The translations under genes were made by a program, and so were the position numbers. 64,000 nt of DNA, from contig OZ024742.1 of NCBI GenBank assembly GCA_964016885.1, forward strand, positions 50,344,001 through 50,408,000. The letters run 5' to 3'. The notes below the pieces were generated by a model. It was not told where the DNA came from, searched no databases, and saw only the letters and a list, made by a program, of their open reading frames with translations. This document shows positions 62,580 to 64,000 of the stretch, in pieces. Within the stretch, counting starts at the first letter, position 1. The number at the start of each line of letters is the position of its first letter. This stretch comes from Eledone cirrhosa. Taxonomy: Eukaryota.

Positions 62580-64000
<1,421 letters not shown>

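Overview
Eukaryotic, AT-rich, repeat-saturated DNA with no recognisable host gene. An octopus or other cephalopod origin is inferred from the SINE motifs and extreme (TA)n/(TG)n/(TC)n content. Most listed ORFs are microsatellite artefacts. The window is dominated by Penelope-like retroelements (PLEs; RT plus C-terminal GIY-YIG), mostly sitting in (TA)n tracts: one near full-length copy (12153-16004), several truncated or inverted copies, and more than a dozen short fold-back insertions. Reading both strands by eye gives more than 25 type-I hammerhead ribozyme (HHR) motifs, intact or decayed, including U3-A8 and U4C core variants and forms with very long stem II. The best lead is a non-coding ~420-bp x8 tandem array (3224-6693) with one minus-strand HHR per monomer at the tip of a long rod. 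Similar 316-340-bp units lie at 35.9, 50.2 and 32.3 kb. Together they suggest a retrozyme-like small/circular RNA family possibly mobilised by PLEs. Also present: two non-coding LTR elements with a tRNA-Trp PBS, L1/Tx1 and R4-like LINE fragments, SINEs and Helitron-like ends. All folds and coordinates were derived by eye, so boundaries are approximate.
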